From the NCBI GenBank assembly GCA_036253035.1, contig GCA_036253035.1_4123.1: DNA of 64,000 nucleotides; one strand, given 5' to 3'. Within the stretch, counting starts at the first letter, position 1; every line of letters starts with the position of its first letter. Below are positions 50,830 through 60,960 of this stretch, one piece after another. Under the pieces are notes generated by a model. It was given only the letters and a program-made list of their open reading frames with translations. It was not told the DNA's origin and made no database searches. Position numbers and translations under genes: made by a program. The stretch comes from a phage.

Positions 50830-51248
50830 ACTGGATAAGCCTTTAAAAATTGTTTAAGAACTCCAAACTTAGATGAATCGTAATCGTATTGATAGTTAAG
50901 CTCTCGCTTATCATTCATACGATACACCATATGAAAATTTGGATAACCAATTCTAACAGGTTTTTTAGGATTAGCAAGTAAAATTGCCCATTCTTTTACA
51001 GGAAATACGTTTTCAGACAGCATTTTGATATTTGTTTCAAAATACTTCATGGCTTGCTTTCCGTGCTTGTAATCTTCTTCACTAATCTCTTGACAATCAA
51101 TTCTATGTGTTTCGGTATCTAACACCCATTGTTGATCTTCGGTATATAAATCAATTACATCATCAATAGTATAACTATCAGGTAAATCATAAAATACCCA
51201 ATGAGATAAACCAGAACTTACACCAATTCGAATTTTAAAGAACTTCAT
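50826..51248 (-). CDS. hypothetical protein
   Basis: minus ORF 140 aa. Confidence 0.55.
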   Translation of the reverse strand: MKFFKIRIGVSSGLSHWVFYDLPDSYTIDDVIDLYTEDQQWVLDTETHRIDCQEISEEDYKHGKQAMKYFETNIKMLSENVFPVKEWAILLANPKKPVRIGYPNFHMVYRMNDKRELNYQYDYDSSKFGVLKQFLKAYPV

Positions 51249-51406
51249 TCTTTATCACCTTTTACATAATTATAACACACGACACAGTGAATTACAAGAA
51301 GAATTATTTCCACAATATTAAGAGACAATACATGACTCTGCGGTGTGAAAAGTGCCAATAACAACATTATAGCAGGTATTGTGAATATTTTCCAAGTTTT
51401 TTTCAT
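51245..51406 (-). CDS. small membrane protein
   Basis: track ORF 51245..51550; ATG 51406 gives MKKTWKIFTIPAIMLLLALF.. Confidence 0.4.
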   Translation of the reverse strand: MKKTWKIFTIPAIMLLLALFTPQSHVLSLNIVEIILLVIHCVVCYNYVKGDKE

Positions 51407-51407
51407 T

Positions 51408-51638
51408 TTATTCCTTTGTATATGCATATGGTAAAAATAAAACCTCTGCATTAGGAATGCATTGTGCCAATCCTTCAACAATAGATTTGTTTTTATTACA
51501 TTGCCAAACTTTAGTAATTTTATGTCTAAATACTTTTTTATCAACGACAATCCAGTACATGTCCATTTTAACAGTACTGTTATCAGATGGTGTTAGTAAA
51601 GTATCGATGTCATATGTATCAAAGATTTTGTCGTTCAT
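51408..51638 (-). CDS. hypothetical protein
   Basis: minus ORF 76 aa. Confidence 0.5.
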   Translation of the reverse strand: MNDKIFDTYDIDTLLTPSDNSTVKMDMYWIVVDKKVFRHKITKVWQCNKNKSIVEGLAQCIPNAEVLFLPYAYTKE

Positions 51639-51900
51639 ATAATCTCCTAATAAAATATTCTCGATTCTCTCTTATATACCCAGATACACAGTTAGTTGTG
51701 GCTTGGTTAGTGAATGAAATCTCACTATTGGACACGCCATTTGCATCACACAAAGGACATATTCCCATGTACTTGGGGGTCGGGTAGGTGTCCAATTTGT
51801 ATTTTCCATTACATACCATGTACTGCTGTGGCAATACATCTAATATTATTTCATATTCTTCATCAAACACCTTGAAGCATACCCAACATTTACCCATCAT
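51619..51900 (-). CDS. Cys-rich putative zinc-binding protein
   Basis: 93 aa; CWVC..CPLC. Confidence 0.5.
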   Translation of the reverse strand: MMGKCWVCFKVFDEEYEIILDVLPQQYMVCNGKYKLDTYPTPKYMGICPLCDANGVSNSEISFTNQATTNCVSGYIRENREYFIRRLYERQNL

Positions 51901-52381
51901 AGTTTTCCTTTAACACAGTTCTTATATATTCGAATGTTTTAACAAACCAATCATGTTCGTCGGATACATCTACAACTTTACCACCATATACATAGTAATG
52001 GTAAAAAGGCAACTTGCTTTTTCTTAATCTTTCGGCTAACTCTGGATTTTGAATTATTTTAGCACAAATAGCATCTTGAATAATAGAAATACAATCATCC
52101 GTCATTTCAATTCGATCATGCATATATTTGTTAGCGGCTGCTTTTGCTGCTGCACCAGATACTTTTCTAAGGTCATCATGTTTTTGCCCAGTTAAAAACC
52201 AAAAGTAAAATGTTTCAACTGAAGGGAACCAACCATATGGTTCAAGTGTGAAGCTATGCGAAGAAAAGTTAGATAGATCTCTACCTAACTTCGTTCTGGC
52301 TTTACTATAAATGTTAATATGTCGGTATCCATCATCAGTAGGGTCAATGAAGTTAAATGACTCTTCTGGGAATTCAAACAT
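51890..52381 (-). CDS. NADAR/YbiA-like (DUF1768-like) protein
   Basis: 163 aa; LSNFSSHSF, IIQDAICAKIIQNPELAERLRKS resemble YbiA-family motifs as I recall them. Confidence 0.45.
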   Translation of the reverse strand: MFEFPEESFNFIDPTDDGYRHINIYSKARTKLGRDLSNFSSHSFTLEPYGWFPSVETFYFWFLTGQKHDDLRKVSGAAAKAAANKYMHDRIEMTDDCISIIQDAICAKIIQNPELAERLRKSKLPFYHYYVYGGKVVDVSDEHDWFVKTFEYIRTVLKENYDG

Positions 52382-52383
52382 AA

Positions 52384-52737
52384 TTATTCTTCTTCTCCTG
52401 AAGGTGTTCCACGTAGTTTATCAAAATCAACCCAAATACCATGCTGGTTTTTAAATCGACATTTCTCATAGTACCAACTATAGTCTGTTTCAACACCTTG
52501 TGAAATAGAACGCACACTACAATCATACATATTATATAAATGTTCCCTGACAATATATGTATTAATCAGTACAACGAATAATACAATAATACCACAGATT
52601 TTAGGATGGTCCATAATCAAGTCAAGTACTGAACTAGTTTCAGAACTATCAATCTTACTTCTACAAATAGCAACAATTTTAAGAACAGCGAATGATACCA
52701 GTAATGAAATTACAATAACACTTAAATAAATTAGCAT
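52384..52737 (-). CDS. membrane protein
   Basis: 117 aa, N-terminal TM helices. Confidence 0.55.
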   Translation of the reverse strand: MLIYLSVIVISLLVSFAVLKIVAICRSKIDSSETSSVLDLIMDHPKICGIIVLFVVLINTYIVREHLYNMYDCSVRSISQGVETDYSWYYEKCRFKNQHGIWVDFDKLRGTPSGEEE

Positions 52738-52740
52738 AAA

Positions 52741-53322
52741 TTACACTCCTACACCAAAACGTAAAATAATATTATTAACAAACACTAAATCAAAAGGTGA
52801 CTTTGGTTCAGATACTGAGTACTGAAATGATTCTGCTGCGAAATTTTCTCTATTATACCATGTTTCAGAATTTATTAGCATTTTTTTATCACCAATCGTC
52901 ACTGAATGTAATGGAACATTTGAAGAAGAATTTATTGAATATGCATTAAGATTACCGTTTTCATCTAATGTGATACTAAGATAATATTTTTTCTCAATAT
53001 CAGGAATAAGTTCTTTTGTATACGAATAGATTGAATCAACCCATTCATCATGTACATTTTCTGCACCAATCAGGTGTCCGAATGATAAATTACGTTTAAC
53101 TGGCTTTGATCCTGGTCGAGTTAGAATGAATTGTTTTGTTAAGTAAAAATTATTATGTTTTACTTCAATATTAACATTTTTAAAATTCACCACTTTATCA
53201 TATACATTTCGAAAAACTGTTATATCCCAAGTACTAATTTCATCCATAATACTTATCACCAGTTCTTCTAGTTCTTGTATAAATGGCAAATCATCTTGAT
53301 GAAATCTAGTCATGGTTTTCAT
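52741..53322 (-). CDS. hypothetical protein
   Basis: minus ORF 193 aa. Confidence 0.6.
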   Translation of the reverse strand: MKTMTRFHQDDLPFIQELEELVISIMDEISTWDITVFRNVYDKVVNFKNVNIEVKHNNFYLTKQFILTRPGSKPVKRNLSFGHLIGAENVHDEWVDSIYSYTKELIPDIEKKYYLSITLDENGNLNAYSINSSSNVPLHSVTIGDKKMLINSETWYNRENFAAESFQYSVSEPKSPFDLVFVNNIILRFGVGV

Positions 53323-53923
53323 ATACCTTTTTCAAATTCATAATTTCAAGAATGCTGTATTCTTTATCACCAATCAAATCTTCAGTGAATGCAGTGGGGT
53401 CAGCATCGCTATACAACTTACCATTGATGATAACACAACCATTACTAAGATACAATGCACTCATGATCTGTTGTCCTTCTTTCACATTTTGTGCTAGACC
53501 TGTATTTGTTACTACAAATCCATTTGTTGCTAATGATGATGTTAGTTCTGACCATTCAACTGATATTAAGTCGCGATAGTCCTTAGATACTTTTATATTC
53601 ACAATACAAGCAACTCGTTTAATAGGTGGAGTGCTAATCGTGTACATTTGTGGTTGTTGGTAATTAGAGTTGTATGTTTGTGGTGTTTTAACAGCAGTTC
53701 CTGAATTTTGAGTTGATTTGGTAATTACTGGTTCTACACTGGGGACTGTTGTTCTTAGTGATATAATACGTCCAGTTTCATCCAATTTAAGGACTAAACG
53801 ATGAGTTTCATCCTCAGAGTAATAGGGAAACAAGCCACCGGAATTCATATTTTGAAGCATTTTAATTAATTCATAAGTATTTTTTAAAAACATAGTACAC
53901 CCCATAGAAAAGGGGGAGTACAA
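53306..53923 (-). CDS. hypothetical protein
   Basis: minus ORF 205 aa. Confidence 0.6.
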   Translation of the reverse strand: MYSPFSMGCTMFLKNTYELIKMLQNMNSGGLFPYYSEDETHRLVLKLDETGRIISLRTTVPSVEPVITKSTQNSGTAVKTPQTYNSNYQQPQMYTISTPPIKRVACIVNIKVSKDYRDLISVEWSELTSSLATNGFVVTNTGLAQNVKEGQQIMSALYLSNGCVIINGKLYSDADPTAFTEDLIGDKEYSILEIMNLKKVYENHD

Positions 53924-53941
53924 AGTACTCCCAACATTTAA

Positions 53942-54496
53942 TTATAGTTTAATTGATTCTTGAATACCAGTATCCATTGCTTTCTTGGTACGTGTATCAG
54001 ATACTACTGTACAAAGGTGTTCAATATTTTCACTTGGAAACGTATTCGAATCAAGAATTTTGGAATTCCAGAAGCCTTTGCGGAACTTAGCATAATCAGT
54101 ACACTGGTCAATTTTCATTTTCTGAAGATTGTTGAACTTTGTACGTCCTGTTTCAATTGTCACCATCAATTCCTGATAAATTTTAGGATCAAGATTTGGA
54201 ACCTGTTGTTGAATCTGTGACATTACAAACTTCTGGTCAACACCTTCACGCCCTTTAAAGTATGATTCAATCGTTTCTTTCAACGCATCTTTATACTTAT
54301 CGGCTACTTGAACCTTATCTTGAATAGTAAGAGTATAATTGCTAAGTTGACTTTCTGATGCATCATAATACTTTTTAATGTTTCCTTCAAACTCAACTGC
54401 ACGATCATGTGCACCAACATACATACTAATAGAACCAAACACCATTAGTACGATAACTACCAAAATACCAATTAACGCAAGGAGTTTACCATTCAT
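53942..54496 (-). CDS. LemA-like membrane-anchored protein (tentative)
   Basis: 184 aa; single N-terminal TM then helical domain; size and layout match LemA family; ATGA overlap with upstream gene. Confidence 0.45.
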   Translation of the reverse strand: MNGKLLALIGILVVIVLMVFGSISMYVGAHDRAVEFEGNIKKYYDASESQLSNYTLTIQDKVQVADKYKDALKETIESYFKGREGVDQKFVMSQIQQQVPNLDPKIYQELMVTIETGRTKFNNLQKMKIDQCTDYAKFRKGFWNSKILDSNTFPSENIEHLCTVVSDTRTKKAMDTGIQESIKL

Positions 54497-55587
54497 AAAT
54501 CGTTATCCCTCATATAAAGGCCAATGAAAATAGACAGAATCAACAACACAATGGAAGCACCGATAAGAACATCTTTTCTAGGTTCCATTTTTACTGACAA
54601 GTACTCAAACTCTTTATTAGAGAGTCTCTCAAAATGTTTGTCAATATTATGTACTTCTTTAACTAGTAAGTCAAGAGTTAATTTTTCATTTAATGCATCA
54701 ATACGCATCTTTGCATGTAACTCTTCATTCTTCATTCCTTGTGCAAATGATGTACTGTAAAATTTTACAACGTTACCATCATTGTCAATACCAAAGAACA
54801 TAATAACATCATTCTTCTTACCACCACGCCACGATGCAAGGGTAGCATCAACAAAATCAACATCTTTGTAATCATAAACTAGTACTTGGATGTTTACCTG
54901 CTTTCGTGCACCCATCGTTTTTAGCTCATTACGAAGGTATTCATCGTAACCATCAACGTTGTAATTTGTAGTGTTAATTACGTGATGTGTTTTGTAATAA
55001 TCAACTACACTTGGGTATTCTGGAATAGTACTAAGATACTTTTCATCATACATGTTGTGTAGTTCTTCAGGACTAAACAATGAGTTCTTATCAGCAAATA
55101 GATAGTTGATATATGAACTCTCTGCTGCGGCATAGTCACCAATAATAACTTGCTGCCAACGTGGTGGTGTCATTGTACCTTGACGGTTCACACGTTCAAT
55201 CTCAAACTCACCTACTGTACTTTTCACATACCAATCAACTTCATATGAGTAATCAAAAACCTTATATGATTCACACTCACGATGTGATTTACCTTTACTA
55301 TCATATCGCGTATGGCACTTCTCATGCCATGTATAGTGCTTACATGAACTAGATTGTGTGCAATATTCTTTGTGGCTGTATTTTGAAGTTACTTGACCAT
55401 TCAGAATCTCAACATCATAAAGCTGGCTATAGTTGATTGCGTATGAAATACCAAGAACAAGAGCCGCACCAACCAGACAACAAGCAATATGAATCAATAG
55501 TTCTTTAGTACTGATATGCTTATCGTACATGTATTTCATAACGAATACAACGATAAGAGCAGGTATTAACAGAATAATGAAATTCAT
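54493..55587 (-). CDS. membrane protein with N- and C-terminal TM helices and Cys-rich loop
   Basis: 364 aa; translationally coupled to LemA-like gene. Confidence 0.6.
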   Translation of the reverse strand: MNFIILLIPALIVVFVMKYMYDKHISTKELLIHIACCLVGAALVLGISYAINYSQLYDVEILNGQVTSKYSHKEYCTQSSSCKHYTWHEKCHTRYDSKGKSHRECESYKVFDYSYEVDWYVKSTVGEFEIERVNRQGTMTPPRWQQVIIGDYAAAESSYINYLFADKNSLFSPEELHNMYDEKYLSTIPEYPSVVDYYKTHHVINTTNYNVDGYDEYLRNELKTMGARKQVNIQVLVYDYKDVDFVDATLASWRGGKKNDVIMFFGIDNDGNVVKFYSTSFAQGMKNEELHAKMRIDALNEKLTLDLLVKEVHNIDKHFERLSNKEFEYLSVKMEPRKDVLIGASIVLLILSIFIGLYMRDNDL

Positions 55588-55590
55588 GTA

Positions 55591-56280
55591 TTAATCCATT
55601 TTAAGCTTGTTTAGACAGAATGAAATCTGGATTGCTTCACGTGCTGCATCAAACAGTGGGTGATGTAACTCCAACCCATTAATCCCACACGTATTTGCAT
55701 ATGTGATAAATTTATCCAACTGTACCGAAACGATTTCATCCATTTCAATACGAGCTTCTTCATTCAATAAACGTTTCAATGTGCGTGCATTTTCAGGTGC
55801 ATCATACTTCCACAACTCACCAGCGTTCATTAGTTTTAAATGGTTTGCTTGTAAAATACTACAATCGAAGTTACATCCGTTGCCCCAGACTGAATGAGGA
55901 ACTTCTTCACCATAATCATTGTAACGTAATTCTTTCCAGAAATCAACAATACTACTGTATGCAAAAAATCGTCGTGATTGACCATTCGGTCCATACAGTT
56001 CAGGTGCTTTGAGTTTCATAGTACTGGCAACTTCAGAATATGCATTAGAGTATTCTTTCTGACATGTATTCATCCAAAAATCCATTGCACCTGCGTCTGA
56101 TTTTAAACCAGCAGCAACTTGATCCTGGTATGGTAATTTAATATATAAGAACTGACGAATGTCATTTTCAGGTTTACTTGGAACTACTACTGCTGCGTAA
56201 TTTGGGATAATAATATCATAACCGGAAAGTTCAGGTGTTCCAAGAGCTTCAATATCAACACTAATATGACGACGTTTCAT
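55591..56280 (-). CDS. DEDD-family 3'-5' exonuclease (DexA-like)
   Basis: 229 aa; N-terminal ISVDIEALG exo I motif, C-terminal HHPLFDA. Confidence 0.6.
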   Translation of the reverse strand: MKRRHISVDIEALGTPELSGYDIIIPNYAAVVVPSKPENDIRQFLYIKLPYQDQVAAGLKSDAGAMDFWMNTCQKEYSNAYSEVASTMKLKAPELYGPNGQSRRFFAYSSIVDFWKELRYNDYGEEVPHSVWGNGCNFDCSILQANHLKLMNAGELWKYDAPENARTLKRLLNEEARIEMDEIVSVQLDKFITYANTCGINGLELHHPLFDAAREAIQISFCLNKLKMD

Positions 56281-56300
56281 AAGTTAGTTCCTTATCTGTA

Positions 56301-56345
56301 CATTAAAAAGAGTGCGTTTTCAATAAGATTATATTAAAAACGCAC
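56301..56345 (-). terminator. long hairpin terminator overlapping next promoter
   Basis: GAGTGCGTTTT..AAAACGCACTC (11-bp stem). Confidence 0.5.
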
Positions 56346-56356
56346 TCATATGTCAA
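56328..56356 (-). promoter_or_regulatory. sigma-70-type promoter (TTGACA-17-TATAAT)
   Basis: plus attata(56328-56333)..tgtcaa(56351-56356). Confidence 0.55.
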
Positions 56357-56359
56357 CTA

Positions 56360-57496
56360 TTACTTGTTAGCTTTTTCGGCAATTTCACGAAGAGTGTCTT
56401 CCAGTTCATAGGAAAGTTGTGCAATTTCCTGTTTAGCACGTTCACGTTCCAATTTGCCTTTTTTCTCTTCTTCAATAACTGCTTCAATACTGTCAATCAT
56501 CGTTTTATGTACATTACGCAAGGTTTTAATATCCACAATACCACGGTTGTTTGCCTTTGCTGCGTCCAACATATTTGCTGCAACCATTTTAGAGTTAGTT
56601 TCCAAAAGACGGTTTGTCTCATTATCAATTAGATTGCCTAGTTCATTATCCTTACGTTGACGCTCGGAAATTAACTGTTCAGCCAATTGAGACTTCCATG
56701 CTGGAATAACAACAGATTTTAAATCTTCAAACTTAGAAACAGTGTTCAAGTTTACTTTTTTCATACTCATCAAACGTGGACCACTTAGCTCGCACATCAT
56801 GATAAGACGACGAATCTTATCTTCTTGTTTAGAAAGTGCTTCACAAATCATCTTTTGCTCTTGAATAGCAAAAGAGTCTACATTTTTGTCTGCTTGCATT
56901 TCTAATAATAATGCATCTTGTGTTTTAGTTACTTCTTCTAAACCAACTAATGTATCACGTAATTCAAACAAATATTCTTTGTTTTCATTATATGCTTTAT
57001 CAAGCCATTCACATTCTCCGTGCTGGCGATTAATACCAGTTTGAAGAGTTTTCATAATTTCGTCAATTTGCTCTTTACTGTTTTTGTACTGATCACCTAC
57101 TTTCTGTTGAGCATTAACAAAGAATTTCTTAATACGACCAACAATTGATTTATCTTCTTGAAGACTGTCAATATCAACTGCACGAGTCAACGTAAGAATT
57201 GTGGTGATTGATTTACCAAACTCGGTATTGTCATCCGTTACATTAACTTTAGACATAATTTCATCAGCCAAACGCCCAACAGCAGCACCAGCAGTTGTAC
57301 CAACAGTATTGATGTTTTGAACTGTTAGAGACATAGTATTTCCCTTAACATCTTTCAGTACTGGTAGTGATTTTGTAGTTTGGTTAAAAATATCACTTGC
57401 ATCAATTGTATGACCTTTAGACGCAGTTTTAGTAGTGCGTTTTGCTGATTTAGCTGCGGTGGATGCTTTTTTAGGATTGATTTCTTTCTCGGACAT
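56360..57496 (-). CDS. TelA/KlaA-like (toxic-anion-resistance family) protein, tentative
   Basis: 378 aa, long helical acidic protein; family call from size and composition only. Confidence 0.4.
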   Translation of the reverse strand: MSEKEINPKKASTAAKSAKRTTKTASKGHTIDASDIFNQTTKSLPVLKDVKGNTMSLTVQNINTVGTTAGAAVGRLADEIMSKVNVTDDNTEFGKSITTILTLTRAVDIDSLQEDKSIVGRIKKFFVNAQQKVGDQYKNSKEQIDEIMKTLQTGINRQHGECEWLDKAYNENKEYLFELRDTLVGLEEVTKTQDALLLEMQADKNVDSFAIQEQKMICEALSKQEDKIRRLIMMCELSGPRLMSMKKVNLNTVSKFEDLKSVVIPAWKSQLAEQLISERQRKDNELGNLIDNETNRLLETNSKMVAANMLDAAKANNRGIVDIKTLRNVHKTMIDSIEAVIEEEKKGKLERERAKQEIAQLSYELEDTLREIAEKANK

Positions 57497-57544
57497 TTAG
57501 TATTCCTCGTTTAATTTAATATGATGTGCTGCTCTGTGATAAAC

Positions 57545-57573
57545 ATTATACGGGCAGCACGTATGATAGTCAA
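57545..57573 (-). promoter_or_regulatory. sigma-70-type promoter (TTGACT-17-TATAAT)
   Basis: plus attata(57545-57550)..agtcaa(57568-57573). Confidence 0.6.
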
Positions 57574-57581
57574 GTATTTTT

Positions 57582-58709
57582 TTACTCTTTGTTACCATAT
57601 GCCAGATTACGAATAATTTCTACAGTACTCTCATCCACAGCTTTACCTGTCTGTGATTGTAAACGATTGATAATCAAAGGAATAGTAATAGTTTGAATAT
57701 CTACCATACGATTCATATCAACTTGATATTGCTTACTTGTTGCAATAATGCTCGTTTCAGTCATGGAGGTGGTGATTCCCATTTTCATAATACGTTCTAA
57801 TGTTAATTCATATTCAAACGCATCATCCACACAACGTAGTGCGTATTCACAACCCAACTTACCATATTCAAGTTCATTTTTGATTTCATTAACTTCGTTT
57901 CTAAGTTCTGAAAACATCGTACTAAGACCACTAAACTTATTAGTGTCATACTTAACTGCTTCATTTAGTGCTTTCATCACTTTTGGCAAATCTGATGGTT
58001 GCACTTTGATATCAGTTTTACCAAACAATTTCTGTGTAAAGGTCGGCTTCAATGGGAACAACGTTTCCAACGCAACAGTAAGGTTATTCATAAGCATTCT
58101 AATATAATCACTATGCTGTTGTAATGCTGAGTTAAGATCCAATTGACGTTCTGAAATTTGTTGAATCTTAGTTCCAATTTCTTGTGCACAAACTGGTAAG
58201 TTTACAAACCAGTCTAGTACTTTTACTGAATTCTTTTCAATAGTACTAGGGAATTCAACCCATCTTTCAATGTCATCAATTCTGCTATCGTCTGGGTTGA
58301 TAGGTTTTTTCTTAAGAACAATAGGTGCAGGTACATCTGGTGATGTTTGTACCAAGTCTAAACGTGGTTTGGCACGACCTTCTTTCCATTCACGATATTC
58401 ACGCTCTAATGGCGGTACTGGCATGTTAGGATCAATTCTAATATTACTAAAATGAATTTTATCCTTCATTAAATCAAGAACTTTCAGACGTTTATTATCA
58501 AAATAGATTTCATCTAATGACAGAGTTTTTACATCAAATAACGGATTACCCAATGAGTCATAGGTGCGGCGAACAATTACATTATAAATGTATTTTTTGT
58601 TTGATGAACGGTCATATTGTTTCAATAAAGAGTTCAGTACATAATTATAGTTAAATTCTTGAATCTCAACTTCTTTGCCATTTTCAATGAAAAAATATTT
58701 ACCTTTCAT
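57582..58709 (-). CDS. hypothetical protein
   Basis: minus ORF 375 aa. Confidence 0.65.
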   Translation of the reverse strand: MKGKYFFIENGKEVEIQEFNYNYVLNSLLKQYDRSSNKKYIYNVIVRRTYDSLGNPLFDVKTLSLDEIYFDNKRLKVLDLMKDKIHFSNIRIDPNMPVPPLEREYREWKEGRAKPRLDLVQTSPDVPAPIVLKKKPINPDDSRIDDIERWVEFPSTIEKNSVKVLDWFVNLPVCAQEIGTKIQQISERQLDLNSALQQHSDYIRMLMNNLTVALETLFPLKPTFTQKLFGKTDIKVQPSDLPKVMKALNEAVKYDTNKFSGLSTMFSELRNEVNEIKNELEYGKLGCEYALRCVDDAFEYELTLERIMKMGITTSMTETSIIATSKQYQVDMNRMVDIQTITIPLIINRLQSQTGKAVDESTVEIIRNLAYGNKE

Positions 58710-58805
58710 TATAAAACCTCATAATCAATTAAAATTTACGCTATGGTGATATTGTACATACTTCGACTACACATGTCAACACCTGAAAAGAAAAAAGGAC
58801 GCACC

Positions 58806-59624
58806 TTAGTGCATCCTTTTGTTACTTTTATCCTTGTACCATACAAATGTCTTGACAGGTGGATATTTTTCATTCTTTGGTGGTTCAGGCATGTCGTATA
58901 CAGTTGCATTTCTAAACTTAAGAATGTATGTGTCCATTAAACGGATTATACAATAGTTTAAACATTTTTGTGCTCTTTCTTTCCAAAAATGTTTATATGG
59001 TTCTGGACAACCAAGATAATCAAGTTTATACATACTCATAGCAACTTGCATAAATCTTTGGGCCGAGAATTTTCGCTTATCAATCTTACTTGCTCTGTGT
59101 TGGTCACATGTCCAACTTGATACACCAGGCAAGTGACAAAACAAATCAAAACTAACCATACTATCAAAGTATTTGTTATGACCATGTAACTCACCATAAA
59201 ATACAGCTTCTGACACAGTATCATATAATGAGAAATTTGAATGTATATGTTCATTATCAAAAATACTTTTTAAATCTTTATAAGTTTCTGGAACAGGTGG
59301 CTCAGGTAATACTTCACCGAATACTTCAACACACCATATCTTCCATAAACCTTTTGTAAATTTATTTTCTAATTCTCTATCACTATCAATATAAAAAGTT
59401 TTTTCATTTATGAAAACTTTTCTAGCCATGTATGCTTTAAAAATTGCATCTGGATCAATGTCTTCACGATTTACATCATCCCAGCCTTTACCAATTCTTG
59501 AAATTTCAAATCTACGCATATACATACGACATGCTAAATCTTTAGTAAGGCTGCGACGATACTTTTCATCCTGATGTAATTTGGTTGTTTCGTGAAGAGA
59601 TTTAAGCATATTTAAAATTCTCAT
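58806..59624 (-). CDS. hypothetical protein
   Basis: minus ORF 272 aa. Confidence 0.65.
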   Translation of the reverse strand: MRILNMLKSLHETTKLHQDEKYRRSLTKDLACRMYMRRFEISRIGKGWDDVNREDIDPDAIFKAYMARKVFINEKTFYIDSDRELENKFTKGLWKIWCVEVFGEVLPEPPVPETYKDLKSIFDNEHIHSNFSLYDTVSEAVFYGELHGHNKYFDSMVSFDLFCHLPGVSSWTCDQHRASKIDKRKFSAQRFMQVAMSMYKLDYLGCPEPYKHFWKERAQKCLNYCIIRLMDTYILKFRNATVYDMPEPPKNEKYPPVKTFVWYKDKSNKRMH

Positions 59625-60301
59625 CGCAACACCAAATATTTCCCGTTTCTTCCAATTACATATTGATCACCACTTCGTAGTACTGTATAGCTTTCCCCTA
59701 GTATGGAACTAAGACGCGAAGTGTCTAATTGTGTATCATTCTTTAATAACTTTTTCACATATGTTTCTGAAACAAAACCGCTTCCAGTACTGTAATGTAA
59801 TTTACCATATGCTGTTTTTAATGTCAACATGTTTCCTTCTTTGATTACTGAAACACCAGCATAATCAAGGAACTCACTAATTGAACTAGGAATACCCAAA
59901 TCAATTCTCTGCTGTATTTCTTCAAAATCAACATCGATTGGGTCATTAACACCATATAGTTGTATTTTCCAACCTGGGTCTGGACAAATATTTTCAATAG
60001 TTTTAATTAAACGTAAAAGTTTTTCAGGGAATTCAGCATTTCGTTCCATTTCAACATAAACTTGATATCGACCATCTAAATTTGGTGTTTCTGCTGCTTC
60101 TGTATCAGCTACATCAATAGGTGATTTTTCAATAAAAGAAGATAAATCATATGCTGCATCAAAATTGTTAAGTACCTGAAACATAATAACAATATTACTA
60201 TCTTCAATTTTAGGAGTATATTCATCAACACTAATGATAGGATGAATCAAATCTTTGAGAACTTGCGGACGTAAGCCTTGTTCATTTAATTTCTTTTTCA
60301 T
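59621..60301 (-). CDS. hypothetical protein
   Basis: minus ORF 226 aa. Confidence 0.65.
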   Translation of the reverse strand: MKKKLNEQGLRPQVLKDLIHPIISVDEYTPKIEDSNIVIMFQVLNNFDAAYDLSSFIEKSPIDVADTEAAETPNLDGRYQVYVEMERNAEFPEKLLRLIKTIENICPDPGWKIQLYGVNDPIDVDFEEIQQRIDLGIPSSISEFLDYAGVSVIKEGNMLTLKTAYGKLHYSTGSGFVSETYVKKLLKNDTQLDTSRLSSILGESYTVLRSGDQYVIGRNGKYLVLR

Positions 60302-60864
60302 TACATTCCACCTTCTTGTGTCTCATCCGTTACTTCTACATCTAAATCCACATCATCACCAGTTACAGGTTCTTCAATATTCTCAGGAGAATTCATTGGA
60401 TTACTATTGAATTCTGCTGCCATTAGTTTATATTCATCAAAACTTTCTGGATTAATCAAGTTTCGTGGAATCTGCACTCTAACCAATAGTACTGGTATTC
60501 TTTCATTTTTTGGTATACGTACCGATCCTGATTGTGTCGCAACACTTTTCATATCAGCTTGTCGATTAGGTTCTTTGATAGGAGTTATTTCATAATCAGC
60601 TTTAACATATACTTTAGTACCATGCTTCTCCAAAATAGAGAATGCTGTCGGATCAGGGAAGTTTTCACGATAGTATTTAAAAGTTACAGTACACCAATAC
60701 TTACTTACAATTGGCCCCTCTACCAACTCACCCTCAATAATTCCTTTATACGCATATAAATCATTATCATCGAAATATTTCTCTACAGCAAGAAGTATAT
60801 CTAACATACCACTGTTATCATACAACTGCTGAATAGCATTATCTGTATAATCTAAATCGTCCAT
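60301..60864 (-). CDS. hypothetical acidic protein
   Basis: minus ORF 187 aa. Confidence 0.65.
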   Translation of the reverse strand: MDDLDYTDNAIQQLYDNSGMLDILLAVEKYFDDNDLYAYKGIIEGELVEGPIVSKYWCTVTFKYYRENFPDPTAFSILEKHGTKVYVKADYEITPIKEPNRQADMKSVATQSGSVRIPKNERIPVLLVRVQIPRNLINPESFDEYKLMAAEFNSNPMNSPENIEEPVTGDDVDLDVEVTDETQEGGM

Positions 60865-60960
60865 ATTTTATATTATCCTTAAAAACTAGCACATATAATA
60901 CTATTTACTACTTTTAAAATACAACAAAAGGGGTTTGAATCAAACCCCAATTTAAAAGTT

